DNA from: a virus
Taxonomy: Duplodnaviria > Heunggongvirae > Uroviricota > Caudoviricetes
Reading direction: 5' to 3' (one strand)
DNA length: 27,973 nucleotides
IMG/VR virus record: IMGVR_UViG_2531839664_000024
Positions 27,390 through 27,973 of this stretch are shown piece after piece. Positions within the stretch are counted from its first letter, which is position 1. Each line of letters opens with the position of its first letter. The notes under the pieces were generated by a model that saw nothing but the letters and a program-made list of their open reading frames with translations, was not told the DNA's origin and ran no database searches. Made by a program: the position numbers and the translations under genes.

Positions 27390-27973
27390 TGGCATTCAGA
27401 ATGAGTGAACAAGCACGGACCATAAAAATTTATAATCTGCTGGCCGGAACTAATGAATTTATTGGTGAAGGTGATGCATATATTCCGCCTCATACAGGTC
27501 TGCCAGCAAACAGTACCGATATTGCACCACCAGATATTCCTGCTGGCTTTGTGGCTGTTTTCAACAGTGATGAGGCATCGTGGCATCTCGTTGAAGACCA
27601 TCGGGGTAAAACGGTTTATGACGTAGCGTCAGGGGACGAGTTATTTATTTCTGAACTCGGTCCGTTACCGGAAAATGTTACCTGGTTATCGCCGGAAGGG
27701 GAGTTTCAGAAGTGGAACGGCACAGCCTGGGTGAAAGATGCAGAAGCAGAAAAACTGTTCCGGATCCGAGAGGCGGAAGAAATAAAAAACAGCCTGATGC
27801 AGGTAGCCAGTGAGCATATTGCGCCACTTCAGGATGCTGTAGATCTGGAAATCGCAACGGAGGAAGAAACCTCATTGCTGGAAGCCTGGAAAAAGTATCG
27901 GGTGTTGCTGAACCGTGTTGATACATCAACTGCACCTGATATTGAGTGGCCTACGAACCCTGTCAGGGAGTAA
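27389..27973 (+). CDS. tfa: Tail fibre assembly chaperone Tfa (194 aa)
   Basis: TAATG overlap with stf stop; lambda Tfa-like sequence; ends at the last base of the window. Confidence 0.9.
   Translation: MAFRMSEQARTIKIYNLLAGTNEFIGEGDAYIPPHTGLPANSTDIAPPDIPAGFVAVFNSDEASWHLVEDHRGKTVYDVASGDELFISELGPLPENVTWLSPEGEFQKWNGTAWVKDAEAEKLFRIREAEEIKNSLMQVASEHIAPLQDAVDLEIATEEETSLLEAWKKYRVLLNRVDTSTAPDIEWPTNPVRE

Overview
This window is a defective lambdoid prophage, read from the integrase stop codon (position 1) to the tail-fibre assembly gene stop (27973). The minus strand carries int, an overlapping xis-like gene and three small accessory ORFs, one of them a TraR/DksA-type zinc-finger protein. From position 3600 onward the plus strand carries a complete lambda-type morphogenetic module in canonical order: Nu1, A, W, B, C/Nu3, D, E, FI, FII, Z, U, V, G/G-T, H, M, L, K, I, J, then lom, stf and tfa. 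I recognise these proteins from memory as very close to phage lambda; no alignment was run. Two different IS3-family elements interrupt the prophage. An IS629-like element (2290..3599, 1310 bp) lies between the int-proximal genes and codon 3 of Nu1 with no target-site duplication, so the whole immunity, replication, lysis and cos region appears to have been lost in an IS-associated deletion. An IS911-like element (22237..23494, 1258 bp) sits in the 3' end of J with a 3-bp TTT duplication. The stf gene also carries a frameshift at a short T-run. The element therefore looks like a decaying cryptic prophage, and I found no evidence for a novel defence or other undescribed system. The most open questions are the small int-proximal ORFs and whether any of the structural module is still expressed.
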